From NCBI GenBank assembly GCA_964016885.1, contig OZ024742.1, positions 206,336,001-206,400,000 on the forward strand: a stretch of 64,000 bases of DNA, written 5' to 3'. Below the pieces are notes generated by a model. It was given only the letters and a program-made list of their open reading frames with translations, had not been told where the DNA came from and did not search any database. This document shows, piece after piece, positions 50,025 to 61,384 of this stretch (within the stretch, counting starts at the first letter, position 1; each line of letters starts with the position of its first letter). The position numbers and the translations under genes were made by a program. This DNA is from Eledone cirrhosa. Taxonomy: Eukaryota.

Positions 50025-52125
50025 GTTGGCAAAGAGGCTGGCGCTTGTCGTCGAAAACCTGGTGGGAAAAGCGCAGACATGCGCAATCCCGACCAGGTCC
50101 ATACACGACAACCTCCACCTCATGCGATACATCATAGAGAGGGTAGGGTGTAAATCCGGCTTCGGTGTGGCCCTGATCACCTTGGATCAGTCTAAGGCTT
50201 TCGATAGGGTTGACCATCGTTACCTAGATGCGGTGCTCGAGGCGGCAGGCTTCGGACCCGTGTTCAGGGTCTGGATTGCTGCAATGCACAACAGCAACAT
50301 CTGCTCATGGGTCAAGGTGAACGGCTACCTCTCGGAGCCGTTCCATATCACGCGATCCATTCGACAGGGATGCCCTCTCTCCTCCCTTCTGTACGTACTG
50401 ACTCTCGAGCCACTACTGCTGAAGTTGGAGCTATTGCAGGGCATCTTTCTGGAACCAGGATTGCGGAAAGCGGCGTCGGGCTACGCCGACGACGTAACAG
50501 TAATGGTGTCGATCACCTCGCAAATCGAGGAAGTTGGCACCTTACTAAAGGAATACGAAAGGTTCACAGGAGCAAAGATGAACCGAGAAAAGTCCATCGG
50601 TTTGCAACTCGGATCGTGGAGAGGCAAACCGATGCCTTCATTTGGCGTCGTCGGACGCTGGACGGAAGGACCGGTAAAGCTGCTCGGGGTCTGGTTTGGT
50701 CCGGGCCTCCAGGTGGAGAAGAACTGGAACGAGGTGACGGCCAAGGTGTTTGCACTCACCCATAAGTGGGCCGAGTGCAAACTATCCTTGAAAGGTCGAG
50801 CGGAGGTGGCGAACACTTTTATAGCGTCCGTCATCTGCTACCGCTTGACCGTCGTGCCTTGTCCAGCCAAAACGCTCACCAAAATGGAACGCGCGCTCTT
50901 CCAATTTCTTTGGAAGAAGCGGGCTCCTTTGGTGAGAAAATCCATCTGCTGCCAACACCCTTCCAACGGAGGGCTGGGGATGCCGTGGCTGTCGATGCGC
51001 AAACACACGCTCAGACTGCGGCATCTCTACGTATTCCTCACCGGACAACCGGTGTGGGCCCCGTTCGTGAGGCGAACCTTCCCACGACTCGTCTCGCTGA
51101 CCGAGCTGCAGTCCAGGGTCATGCAAAGACCGAGGAAAATGGGCGACTGGCACATCGAATGTGCTCAAGCGCTCACAGCCCTCTGGCAGGCGGACCCGGC
51201 GATCAGTGGAGACTCCACTTCGTCATTCTATAGAGGGTTGATTCGCAGCAAGTGCGACGAGGCGCTCGGAGGAATTCTAGGCGTAGAGGAAGAGGAACTG
51301 GCCAGTCTGTTCGGTAGGACCTTCCTCCCGGGACCAATTGACAACTTCCAAAAGACCCTGGCCTGGCAGTGCTACCGGGGAGCTCTACCAGTTCGAGACA
51401 AGCTCTACAGACATGGGCGCTCAGGCTGGGACCCTTCGAAAAAGATCTGTCCGAGATGCGTGCGAGAAGAAGAAACCGTTGCGCACGCATTCATACACTG
51501 CCCGGGCGTTACCGACCTGTGGGGCTATGTAGAACGACTATTGTCGCGGGTTGGACCAATCCGGTTGACCACCGAGTCCATTGTTATGATCAAACCGCCA
51601 ACCTCCTTCAAAAACGAAGGAGAGGCGGTTTTCCTTTGTGTGATAGCTATGGCGAAAGAGGTTGTATGGTGGACGAGGTTAAAAGGGCTGAGGTCAGACA
51701 CCTTTCTCTCCGGCCAACAACTGATTCTTTTTTTCAAATACCACTTTGGAAGAAGAATCAGGATGGAGAGAGAGGTGCTGTACCCCAGCAAGTTTTATGA
51801 AAGGTGGATGAAAGTGGCGAGAATGGCCCGAGTGAATGGGCCTTCTCTCTATATCAGCCTGTAGGTTGAGGGAAAAGAGGAAGACAGGAAGAGGGTACAA
51901 ACTCTTCGTACTCCTGGAGATGAGGGTTGCACATTTTTTCGAGGGCATGTGTTACCCATATGAAATGTCTTCCCCTATTGGAGAAAATCGATTAATTTTT
52001 AAATTGCATTTGTGATAGTATTTTACACGTTTTTATTGTATGTAAACTTCCCCCTTTGTATTTGTCCCCTTCTTTTGTGCCCCTGTGGCTAATAAAGAAA
52101 CATATCTATCTATCTATCTATCTAT
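50025..52125 (+). mobile_element. 5'-truncated Tx1-like (L1 group) LINE inserted in (ATCT)n
   Basis: GC-rich intact ORF, 3' UTR, AATAAA at 52091; (ATCT)n at 50013-50024 and 52104-52124. Confidence 0.93.
50026..51864 (+). CDS. Tx1-like RT with C-terminal zf-RVT (CCHC); N-terminally truncated
   Basis: LDQSKAFDRVDH, IRQGCPLSSLLY, GYADDV, KLLGVWF, GGLGMP, CPRC....ETVAHAFIHCP. Confidence 0.92.
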   Translation: MAKRLALVVENLVGKAQTCAIPTRSIHDNLHLMRYIIERVGCKSGFGVALITLDQSKAFDRVDHRYLDAVLEAAGFGPVFRVWIAAMHNSNICSWVKVNGYLSEPFHITRSIRQGCPLSSLLYVLTLEPLLLKLELLQGIFLEPGLRKAASGYADDVTVMVSITSQIEEVGTLLKEYERFTGAKMNREKSIGLQLGSWRGKPMPSFGVVGRWTEGPVKLLGVWFGPGLQVEKNWNEVTAKVFALTHKWAECKLSLKGRAEVANTFIASVICYRLTVVPCPAKTLTKMERALFQFLWKKRAPLVRKSICCQHPSNGGLGMPWLSMRKHTLRLRHLYVFLTGQPVWAPFVRRTFPRLVSLTELQSRVMQRPRKMGDWHIECAQALTALWQADPAISGDSTSSFYRGLIRSKCDEALGGILGVEEEELASLFGRTFLPGPIDNFQKTLAWQCYRGALPVRDKLYRHGRSGWDPSKKICPRCVREEETVAHAFIHCPGVTDLWGYVERLLSRVGPIRLTTESIVMIKPPTSFKNEGEAVFLCVIAMAKEVVWWTRLKGLRSDTFLSGQQLILFFKYHFGRRIRMEREVLYPSKFYERWMKVARMARVNGPSLYISL

Positions 52126-53032
52126 GTGTGTATGTGTGCGAGACCATATATGTGTGAATATGTGTATGTTTACATTTGTATCTGTATTTATGTCCCATAA
52201 TTTGGTAGCTAGACAAAAAGGGATTGATAAAATTAGTAACAAACCTGAAACAAATTTCTACTGGGTTTGATATAATCAACTAAATGAGTGTAACCAATAA
52301 AAGGATAACAGAATATATATTGTATTAATTGAATTTTGCATGCACACATTACACATATACATATATATGCAGGCATATAAATATGAACAAGAAGGAGAAA
52401 AGAGTTCTCAAGAAAAGTACAGAGAAGCTGAATAACTTAGCAAATCGTTACTCCAAGTTTGTGATTACCAGGCCTTCAAACAATAATAAGGTATTTAACA
52501 ACTATCAGAAGTAATGATCAAAACAAATATCTATCAGTGATTGGATAAAGCTTGCCTAAAGCTTGTATATGTGATAGTGTGTGGAGATAAGCATGGAAAA
52601 ATGGCTGTAAAATAATGTTGATGATATACATACATATATATATAAGAATTAAAATACTAGAGTGTGTTGGAGTTAAACACCCTCTTCATATTATAGAAAT
52701 GACAGTAAAGATATAGCTCAATGTAATTAAACAGAGTATATATATTTATATGTATATTGGGCCTTTTAATATTATTATTATTATCATTATCAATTATATT
52801 ATATTATATTATATTATATTATATATCGTACTGTAATTCTCGTTTTATATCACCACTTGTGTTTAGTTTTAGTTTTTGCATTGTACTATATTTGTAATAT
52901 GGGTTCAAAATGTTATTCACATCCTTAGCAATTTTTACTTGATAATTTTCCTATGCTTTAATGTATGTATATTCCATATTCTTCTGAGTTTTTGGTTTGT
53001 ATTGGCCGATAGTGCTTCTTATAGCTTTACTT

Positions 53033-53070
53033 GCCCTGATGAGTCCTTAATAGGACGAAACATTGTTGGC
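53033..53070 (+). ncRNA. Minimal type I hammerhead ribozyme
   Basis: GCC-CTGATGA-GTCC-TTAATA-GGAC-GAAA-CATTG-TT-GGC; stem I extends as CTTTACTTGCC/GGCTAATAAAG; GUU site. Confidence 0.85.
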
Positions 53071-53115
53071 TAATAAAGACTTTTGATGTATTGAAGGCTT
53101 CTTTGGTTTATTTTC

Positions 53116-53177
<62 letters not shown>

Positions 53178-53321
53178 GGAGGTGAGTTTTATTGTAGTAC
53201 AATAAAGCAATGCAGATATCGGATAAGAAGCACTCTACAGTTTGTAGGACTGGAGTATACATAATATATAAGAACAATCTTTTGTTCTTATATATTATAT
53301 ATATATATATATATATTTATA

Positions 53322-53738
53322 TTATAACTGAATATAAAAGAAAAACGAACACAGACATATACATATATGTGTTCAAATCGTCAGAGACCAGATTCGCTAA
53401 GGTGAAAAGAATACTAACTATAGACAATAGGGTTTGCCAGACTCAATTTAAGAATAAATCAAGAGAGTAGATACAAACCGAAATTATGGTAACTACCAAT
53501 CACCCGGACAGCTTTGATAATGGTGTTTCGCAAAATTAATTGTGAAGAGGAATACCAATTCTTGCTCATCTTTTCACCTTAGCGAATCTGGTTCCTTACG
53601 ATTTGAACACATATATGTATACGTCTGTGTTCGTTTTTCTTTTATATTCAGTTATAACATACGGCTCGGAAAAATCTCTTTCCTAGAGCTATTTTATTGT
53701 AAGAGACTATTTTGAGTTTTTAACTCAATATATACCTT

Positions 53739-53740
<2 letters not shown>
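53322..53740 (+). mobile_element. Fold-back pLTR-like element: 89-bp inverted arms plus about 80-nt tail in (TA)n
   Basis: 53322-53410 is the reverse complement of 53569-53657. Confidence 0.82.
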
Positions 53741-53788
<48 letters not shown>

Positions 53789-54093
53789 GCACACGCATAT
53801 AATATATGTATACTTTTCATTTTTTTCTCTCTTTACGTTGCCTCACATTCGTGTTTGTTTACATGTCTCTCTTTCTCCACCCAACTCTTTTTATCCCAAT
53901 AACTTAATTTAGTTATTGTATCGCCCTAGCTTGAGGTATATTGTCTGTAATGTGAAGAAATACCTATGATGGCTAGTAGACAACTGATGACGGATATTCC
54001 TAACTTCTATTTCTAATTCTTCATTTATTATACTTAAATGCAACAACACAGCTCGCCATTTTTTATTCATATATGTATATATACATACACACG

Positions 54094-54155
<62 letters not shown>

Positions 54156-54519
54156 TGTATTTTCTGATATATATGAGTGTGTATATACGTTAATTCTCTC
54201 AATGCAATCCCTAAATATATATTGTTCATCATTATCCCCACCCAAACAGATTAACTTAATACCTTTGTCAAACGATCATCTATCCACTTATGATAGAAAA
54301 AAGGTAAAAGATAAATATTTAAATAATGAAGAAAAGCCCTAAAATTATCTAAAACAGAAAACAAATAAACACAAATATACCATTTGCACTTGATTATATT
54401 ATAAAAAAAGCTGATTGTTGCCAACAACTTCGCCATTGTAAGACAGAACCTATTGGATTTGTGTTTGGAGAGATAATCTTTGATGATTTAGTCCATTGTA
54501 TTCAATATTCTGTGATGTA

Positions 54520-54597
54520 CTATGAAGAGATAAGTGGACCTCCATCAGGTTTCATGATGAGTTTTCCAGTTGTTTGGTCAACAGAATGGTCTATTTT
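54520..54597 (-). CDS. Candidate terminal coding exon of an unidentified host gene (KIDHSVDQTTGKLIMKPDGGPLISS*)
   Basis: TTTAG acceptor directly upstream, 25 codons of ordinary composition in non-repeat DNA, then TAG and U-rich downstream sequence. No family recognised. Confidence 0.3.
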   Translation of the reverse strand, partial: KIDHSVDQTTGKLIMKPDGGPLISS

Positions 54598-55467
54598 CTA
54601 AATTTACATATAAGTGGCTGAATATTATATACAGATGGGGTGCAGCCCCAACACTGCCGCACCCTAGGCTTAGAGTCCACCCCTCCTCCTTCTCCTGTGA
54701 CTCCAGAGCCCTTGCCTTTCCCTTTATTTTCTATTTTTAAACATCTGTAGTGTCGTTATTTGAAATAGATTTGTTTATAATATTCGATTTTATGACTAAT
54801 AAAAATACCTTATTGTTAAAATTCTCAGATGTGTGATAAGACTGGTTCTTTGAATTACTGGTCACCCAATCTGACAGATTTCCAAACAGTTTCCATTTAT
54901 CTAATTTCATTCACAAGGCTTGTGTCAATCCAAGGTTATAGTATATGACATGTTATGCAGTGGGACCAAAACTGAAACTTCATGATTGTGAAGTGAACTT
55001 CTAAACTATTTGGACATGAATGGGCTTCTGCAGAGAGAGAGAGGAAATACATTATTCATATTCTGTATAACAAAATATCTTTAGTTGTATTCAGGACCAT
55101 TATATACTGATAGGTGAGTCTTCTCCAGTACAGCATGTCATCAGTTCTTGCAGTGCTTTGTCATCTCCATTGTGAAGTTAGGCTCCTTGAGGTCAGTCTT
55201 CACTACTTCATCCCAAGTTACCTGGCTCTGTCTCTTTATCCTGTCCCAACCATTAATATATATATATATATATATATACATATATAAAGAATGGTATGCT
55301 AATGTGTGGAAAGGCTATAAAATAGCTTATAAAATAGGGTGACCCTTAGAGTCGGAAAAAAAATTGACATCGGTTGCTATGAGAAATCAAACTCTGCATC
55401 CCCAGACACCATATGATGGCTGCCCCCACGTTATCGAGTATGCCCATTGCACGATATAACATTATTA

Positions 55468-55660
55468 GGTGGATTGGCAGTATCGGTAGAGGGTCGAACG
55501 TCATGCTTTGACGCATAGAGTTATGGCCCTTTCCATTCTGAGTTCAAATCCCACCGAGGTCAACTTTGCCTTTCATCCTTAGGGGGTCGATAAAATAAAG
55601 TACCAGTAATGTACTGGGTAATTTCTGGCCTTGTGTAAAAAGTAGAAACAATTATTAATA
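55468..55660 (+). mobile_element. SINE family 2
   Basis: Matches 30627-30815. Confidence 0.85.
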
Positions 55661-55850
55661 ATTATCAATTAATGCAATCGTACAAAAGATTGTTTTAAAG
55701 TGAGGAAAGACTGTGTATTGAGCCAATCCCACTCTCTGAGCAAACAGTAGCTATAACACGAAAAGAAGAAATGGTCAACATCATATATGTATATATACAT
55801 ACACACACACACATTTCTAAAGAAACGCGGTAAACATTTATATATATATA

Positions 55851-57069
55851 CTAGCAGTTTATATATATATACCGGCGTTGCTCGGGTTTCTTCATTTGCT
55901 ATGAAAAGTTACATACAGGTAAACGTGGTTATTGAAAGTTACCAACCAATTAGCATTTTAGACAATCAATGATGGGTTAATAATCTTCCAATAGCGAATT
56001 TAGCAGACCAAAGTTGCAAGATGGTGGCCTTGATGCCGCTGGGTGTCAGATCTGTCCGCCATGGGTGACCCTACCAGGAAATAGTTTTCAAAACGGCATA
56101 GCTCCAACACCTCCAACACCTGCACCAACATCTATAGCACCTCTTTGTAGACAATATTGCGTGTCATCCCTTGAGGAGTGTAAGCAAAAAGTCCATTCCT
56201 GCTCCCTACGCGGGAACAGGCAACATAAAGTTGGCCTTGGGAGAAGCATGGCTCCCTCAAATGGATGCCCGCTGCCGACAATGTTTGCCCTTGTGACTTG
56301 TTAATGGACATGGCAAAACATGGTCTCACCGGGAATTGGGATCGCCAGAAATCGAACGGGAAATCTGACGCCGAGTGGAAAAGGTTCATCCGTGGCAGTG
56401 TATTCGGCAGAATTGCCAGAAGTACAACACTATGGGTGTTGTCATATTAATATTTAACCAATGAAAGTCGTAAAAAATAAATAATTTAAACATTCCGATT
56501 CAATTTGTCTATAGCATTAATCTGTTATATGAAGTGTTATTTTGCGGGTTGTTATTTGCAATAAGCCGATTTAAAATACCCCAGAAAAGCCGTATGTCAA
56601 TACGGAACACCAATGACTCCCCCAGCAGTTAAATTATAGAGAGGGGGAATAATCTATTATAGAAAGAGGGAAGAGCGATGGAGAGAGTAAAGCTAAGGAA
56701 TTGTAGAGATGTATGTAAAACAGTGTTGTCATATAGAGAGTGAAGAGCGACAGAGAGAGCGTTATGACTATGTTTGTTGTTGTATAAAATGATGTGTTGC
56801 TTAGTTTTCAAAGTTTATGTCGCGTTGCTGAACGAAGTTTTGTCGCTGTTGGGTAGTAGAGAGAGTGAATAAGCGTGTAAGAGAGAGGGTTACAGCATGT
56901 ATTTAGTTTTATCGATTTTCTTCACAGAAACAGGAAATTTTTGCCAAAGTTTATTACGCGTTGACCATCGATGGTAAATTTGGAGCACATTGGAAAAAAA
57001 ATCATCAAAATCGGTAGAGAAATGTGGAAATGCATAAAAATCATACACACACACAGACAGACATCTTCC

Positions 57070-57117
<48 letters not shown>
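55851..57117 (-). mobile_element. Non-autonomous Helitron with both termini
   Basis: Minus strand A|TC start at 57117, (CTGT)n/(GT)n near the 5' end, subterminal hairpin CCCGAGCAACGCCGG and CTAG|T at 55851; contains a helicase fragment. Confidence 0.88.
56132..56389 (-). pseudogene. Helitron RepHel Pif1-like helicase C-terminal fragment
   Basis: RSQFPVRPCFAMSINKSQGQTL...GIHLREPCFSQGQLYVACSRV...TRNIVYKEVL. Confidence 0.92.
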
Positions 57118-57121
57118 TATA

Positions 57122-57577
57122 TTTACCCTGTAAACATACCGTGTTTCTTTAGAAATGCGAAATTTCTATACATATGTGTATACAGCTATGAATGAAGAAT
57201 TTCTACTAAAGAATTTCTATAAAGCTATGCTCGAAGCGAAATCCTATTTCTTTTTTATTATAAGTTGAGCCAACTTATGCAGCTTCATATGCAAATGAGA
57301 TTAATCACCTCATTTACACAGACGAGAAAACTATATATTCTCGACTGCTCTCAAGTCCAGCAGTCGCAGGTGTGGGAGGAACCGTCCTGATGAAGACCAG
57401 TCAAGTCTGAAATGCATAGACGGTTGTCCCCCTTGCTTCTGCTGGACACTAGCAGAGGGCGTTAACCCCGGTGTTTGCATAGCTACGATTTCCTAAATGT
57501 TTACCCTGTAAACATACCGTGTTTCTTTAGAAATACGAAATTTCTATGCATATATGTATCAGCTATGCTTGAAGCTA
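57122..57577 (+). mobile_element. Retrozyme-like tandem (about 1.2 monomers, period 378 bp) containing a hammerhead
   Basis: TTTACCCTGTAAACATACCGTGTTTCTTTAGAAAT at 57122 and 57500; non-coding; (TA)n flanks; further partial copy at 60114-60262. Confidence 0.8.
57380..57425 (+). ncRNA. Minimal type I hammerhead ribozyme
   Basis: AACCGTC-CTGATGA-AGAC-CAGTCAA-GTCT-GAAA-TGCA-TA-GACGGTT: perfect 7-bp stem I, 4-bp stem II, palindromic ATGCAT stem III, AUA site. Confidence 0.92.
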
Positions 57578-58227
57578 TATATATATATATATATGCAGTG
57601 GCGGACTGGCCAGGTTCCCCCATGGCAAGTGGGCCCTGGGGGGCCCGCATTAGCATTTCAGAAGCCCACTGTAGTATTTTAGGGACCAATGCTTTGATTA
57701 AAAAAATACCTGAAGTCTAAGAGAAAGAAGAACATTTTTTTAAAAATAAGTAAAACGATTAAGCAAACCATTTGGTCAACCAATTCCCCAGGGAATTAAT
57801 AGAAACCAAGATACATGATAGTGCAAATAGCTGGAATCAGTGGTTGTACATTCTACTAAATTTAAAGCTTAGTGTATTCATTTATTCATGTAAACATATG
57901 TATATAGACACACACACACATGCATATATATATTAAAACACTTAATGACGGAATATATATATATTCCGTCATTAAGTGGTTTAACTCCTTCAACTCCAAA
58001 AAAGCGAAGTTCACGCAATTCGACATTGTAGATTTTACCCGTCGATCTCAGAGACCTTGTTAAACAAAGCGTTGGACTTTCCTACCACTTACGCTACCGT
58101 CCATGTTTTAGACAGGGAAATCATCGCACACTGCCGGAAAACCCTCCTCTTCAACAACGGAGAAACCTGGGCAAAAAAGTCAACCACTTCAAAACTATTC
58201 GACGTCTCCGTGGGATCGTTTGGCAGT

Positions 58228-58371
58228 GCTGACGTATGCGACTTGGTTGGTCTATTTATTTTAGACATTTTACATGCTGACGCATGCGACTTGGTTGGTC
58301 TATTTATTTTAGACATTTTACATGCTGACGCATGCGACTTGGTTGGTCTATTTATTTTAGACATTTTACAT
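58228..58371 (+). repeat. In-frame 48-bp triplication inside the PLE RT
   Basis: AD(V/A)CDLVGLFILDILH x3 at 58228, 58276 and 58324. Confidence 0.95.
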
Positions 58372-59649
58372 GTTAGATTCCCGGACTTCCACGCGGGAAT
58401 ATACCGTGACGGCGGCCTGACCTTATCGAGCCAGAAAATTGGTCACGGCCTGGACCGGTTTAAAAAAGACTTAACTTCTACCTTTAATGAGTTAGGACTT
58501 AGGATAACAGTAGCTACTAACCTCTCTAGCGTAGATTTCTTAGACATTAATTTAGATCTTCGTACACATACCTTCAGACCGTTCCATAACCTTATCGAAA
58601 AACTTAATTACATTCACAAGGACTCATGCCACTCTCCTACTGTTTTTAAAAACTTTGTAAATAATATCAGTACTAGATCTCTAACCTCTCCTCTAATAAG
58701 GCTATATTTGACAGAGTGGCACCCTACTATAACACGGCGTTAGCTAACAGCGGCTTCTCGCAACCTATCACTTACTCCTCCACTAACACCAACAGAAATA
58801 AGAAAAGAAATCTTAACAATAGATATACTATCTGGTTCTCTGCTCCCTTCTCACTCAACGTTAAAACTAATGTAGGAAAAAAATGTCTAGCCCTCTTAGA
58901 TAGACACTTTCCCATAGGTCACAAATACTGTTCCATCTTTAACAGACACAGAGTAAAACTAGGATACTCCTGCACTAAGATTATGAAGACCCACATCACC
59001 AACAGTCCTAAGAGTGGCACCCCACCAGGATGTTCTTACCGAAAGCCTGAAGCTTGTCCCCTTCAACAGCAATGCAACACACCCACTATAGTTTATGAAA
59101 CTGTGGTCACTTCCAACCGACCAAATGAACAACAGGAGGTCAAATCCTATGTGGGTATGGCGGAGGGCCGATTTAAGGAACGCTTCCTGAACCATCAGTC
59201 GACCTTTAGGTACCCAGAGAAATGATCGTCCACGAAACTCGCGAGCCACATATGGTCTCTAAAGGACCCAGTCGTAGACTACTCCATCCAATGGAAAGCT
59301 ATTACTAAGTCCAAGCCATACGCAAGGGGAAATCGTCTTGTGGACTGTGCATTGAAGAAAGGATCAATATCCTGAGAAGTTTACGTAATAACGATTGCCT
59401 AAATTCAAGGAATAAACTTTTTTCGCGCTGCCCACACGTCTGGAAACACCTATTACATAAATACAAAGCTCCAGATTGACTAACATCAACAATCTATAAC
59501 ATTCTCAATGACTTGAATAATTGATTCCGGATATCTACCGTTAACTCCCTTACATCGATCTATCGTGGGTTTACCTCGCCCAGGAGAAGTGACTGTTTCT
59601 GCGCATGCGTATTCGTGCGGTTGTTTTTTTTTCGTACAACTTCATTCAG

Positions 59650-59692
59650 ACCAAGCTGAGGATCCGCATAAGGTGAAACATATGTTCTCGGT
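59650..59692 (+). ncRNA. Minimal type I hammerhead ribozyme in the PLE 3' pLTR
   Basis: ACCAAG-CTGAGGA-TCC-GCATAA-GGT-GAAA-CATATG-TT-CTCGGT; palindromic ACATATGT stem III, U.U at the base of stem II. Confidence 0.8.
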
Positions 59693-59906
59693 ATGGTGAA
59701 CTAGCAGTTGTGAAACTACTACTACCCAGCTCGTCCCATGGACTGAGTGCTCTACTACTACGGATATAACCCTCCAACGTTCTATTATATATATACAATG
59801 TCAATTAGATCCCTAGGGATTTTTGTACAAGTTAAAAACATGTTCTGTATACATATATAGAAATCTATATATACACACATGTACATGCACACATACACGC
59901 ACTCCC

Positions 59907-59937
<31 letters not shown>

Positions 59938-60113
59938 TATATATATATCACATATATATATATCAGTGGTGCGACGAATTAAAATTTATTAGACATATTA
60001 CAATTGTTCCTCCGTTTCTTATGTAATATCATACTCTGCTCTGTAAGAGCATCCAGTGCTCAAACGGCCCACCGCATACGGACGCTTTAAGCATCCCACA
60101 CCAATTATATATA

Positions 60114-60253
60114 GTCCCCCTTGCTTCTGCTGGACATCTCCAGAGGGCATTAGCCCCCGGTGTTTGCATAGCTACGGCTTCCTAAACCGTGTTTCTTTAG
60201 AAATACGAAATTTCTATACATTTTTGTATAAAGCTATCTTTGAAGCGAAATCT

Positions 60254-60262
<9 letters not shown>
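60114..60262 (+). mobile_element. Partial copy of the 57122-57577 retrozyme monomer
   Basis: Homologous to 57426-57577 and continuing as 57220-57255. Confidence 0.85.
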
Positions 60263-60332
<70 letters not shown>

Positions 60333-60504
60333 CATAATCGGAGAAAGCTTTAAGCGATACTCCGGCCAAATTCCAACTCACTCAACAAACATTAGGAAAT
60401 ACCTGAGTATATTCCCAATTAAACGTTTAGGGTGCTAACTATATTGTATTGTGTGTATAATTGGCTGTATTATTTCATATGAGATATATCAAATATATCA
60501 TTTT

Positions 60505-60625
60505 CCAGACGACGCGTTTCATTATAAGATTTCTACAAGTTGGGTGAAATTATACCAAGTTATGTAGAAGCTTGTATAAGATCAACAGATACTTATTCAA
60601 GTGGGCTCTTATAAATATTCAGTGG
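60505..60625 (-). ncRNA. Hammerhead-like relic with long stem-II insert and G8U change
   Basis: CCA-CTGAATA-T-TTATAAGA...(about 77 nt)...TCTTATAA-T-GAAA-CGCGTCG-TC-TGG. Confidence 0.55.
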
Positions 60626-61122
60626 GTACCCAATAACATTAATATTGATAACCAAATCAATATCAATATTTAGCGATAATCACCATCAGTGCTTGAGGGG
60701 ACTGCTAGGTTGTTAGTCCAGCAGTTCTAAAGAAAATCTCACACTGTCCCGAAAATGGGAGGAAGGAGGCTACCGCCAAAAACAATACTGCGCAGGTCGT
60801 TGAACTCTAACAAGAATTCAAGCCACGTGCTAAGAACTCAATTGGATATGAAAAAATATTCATATGTGCGCACCGCTTTATGACACACATATATATTTTC
60901 ATATATATATATTTCGTTTCTGAATTTGTTTAGCAAGATTCTTTATGTTGAAACCGATATTGTTATACTTTGGGAGGGTCATGTTGCCAATAAGAAACAC
61001 ACGCACCAGTTGCTTTCACTCCAATTTATTATAAGTTAAAAACATTTTCTTTTTTTTAATTTATAAATTTCCGGTTGGTGGTTGTTTGGTTGGTTCCACA
61101 ACCGGACGGTTGTTCATATATT

Positions 61123-61165
61123 GTCAAAGTTCTTTCGTCACACATTCTGTGCCATCTTCAGTGAC
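61123..61165 (-). ncRNA. Minimal type I hammerhead downstream of a GIY-YIG fragment
   Basis: GTCA-CTGAAGA-T-GGCACA-GAATG-TGTGAC-GAAA-GAAC-TT-TGAC; one mismatch in stem II. Confidence 0.75.
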
Positions 61166-61384
61166 TGGGGATTCTTTTATTTGTTTTGTGCCTCTCCTTT
61201 GTTCTGTCCTACGTTATCTTGTTTTTGTGCGTGTTGTCTGCTTAGTTTGCGCATGTGTTACATCCGGGTGTCTGTGTGTGTTTTTATTTGCTTATTTATT
61301 TGTTTATTTACATGTTACTGGTTGGTTGTTTGTTCTATGTGTGTGTGTTTTCATTTTGTCCTTAATTGTAAGTTGTGATGTTGC

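Larger units (their letters stand above)
57965..59785 (+). mobile_element. Penelope-like element (Naiad-like): RT plus GIY-YIG, 5'-truncated and frameshifted, with 3' pLTR
   Basis: VIKWFN..FTQFDIVDF/PSI..LLNKAL..FDVSVGSFGSADVCDLVGL..GIYRDGG..VDFLDINLDL; then IWFSAPFS..CPLQQQC..IVYE..YVGMAEGRFKERFLNH..HIWSLK; coding region ends near 59478. Confidence 0.9.

Noticed and set aside
57596-57680. CAGTGGCGGACTGGCC hAT-like terminus
   Set aside because: No matching second TIR or TSD found nearby.
59223-59225. In-frame TGA in the Naiad-like GIY-YIG domain as selenocysteine
   Set aside because: Some Naiads encode selenoproteins, but this TGA is not at a conserved Cys position, is explicable as CGA>TGA decay, the copy has other lesions, and I could not identify a SECIS.
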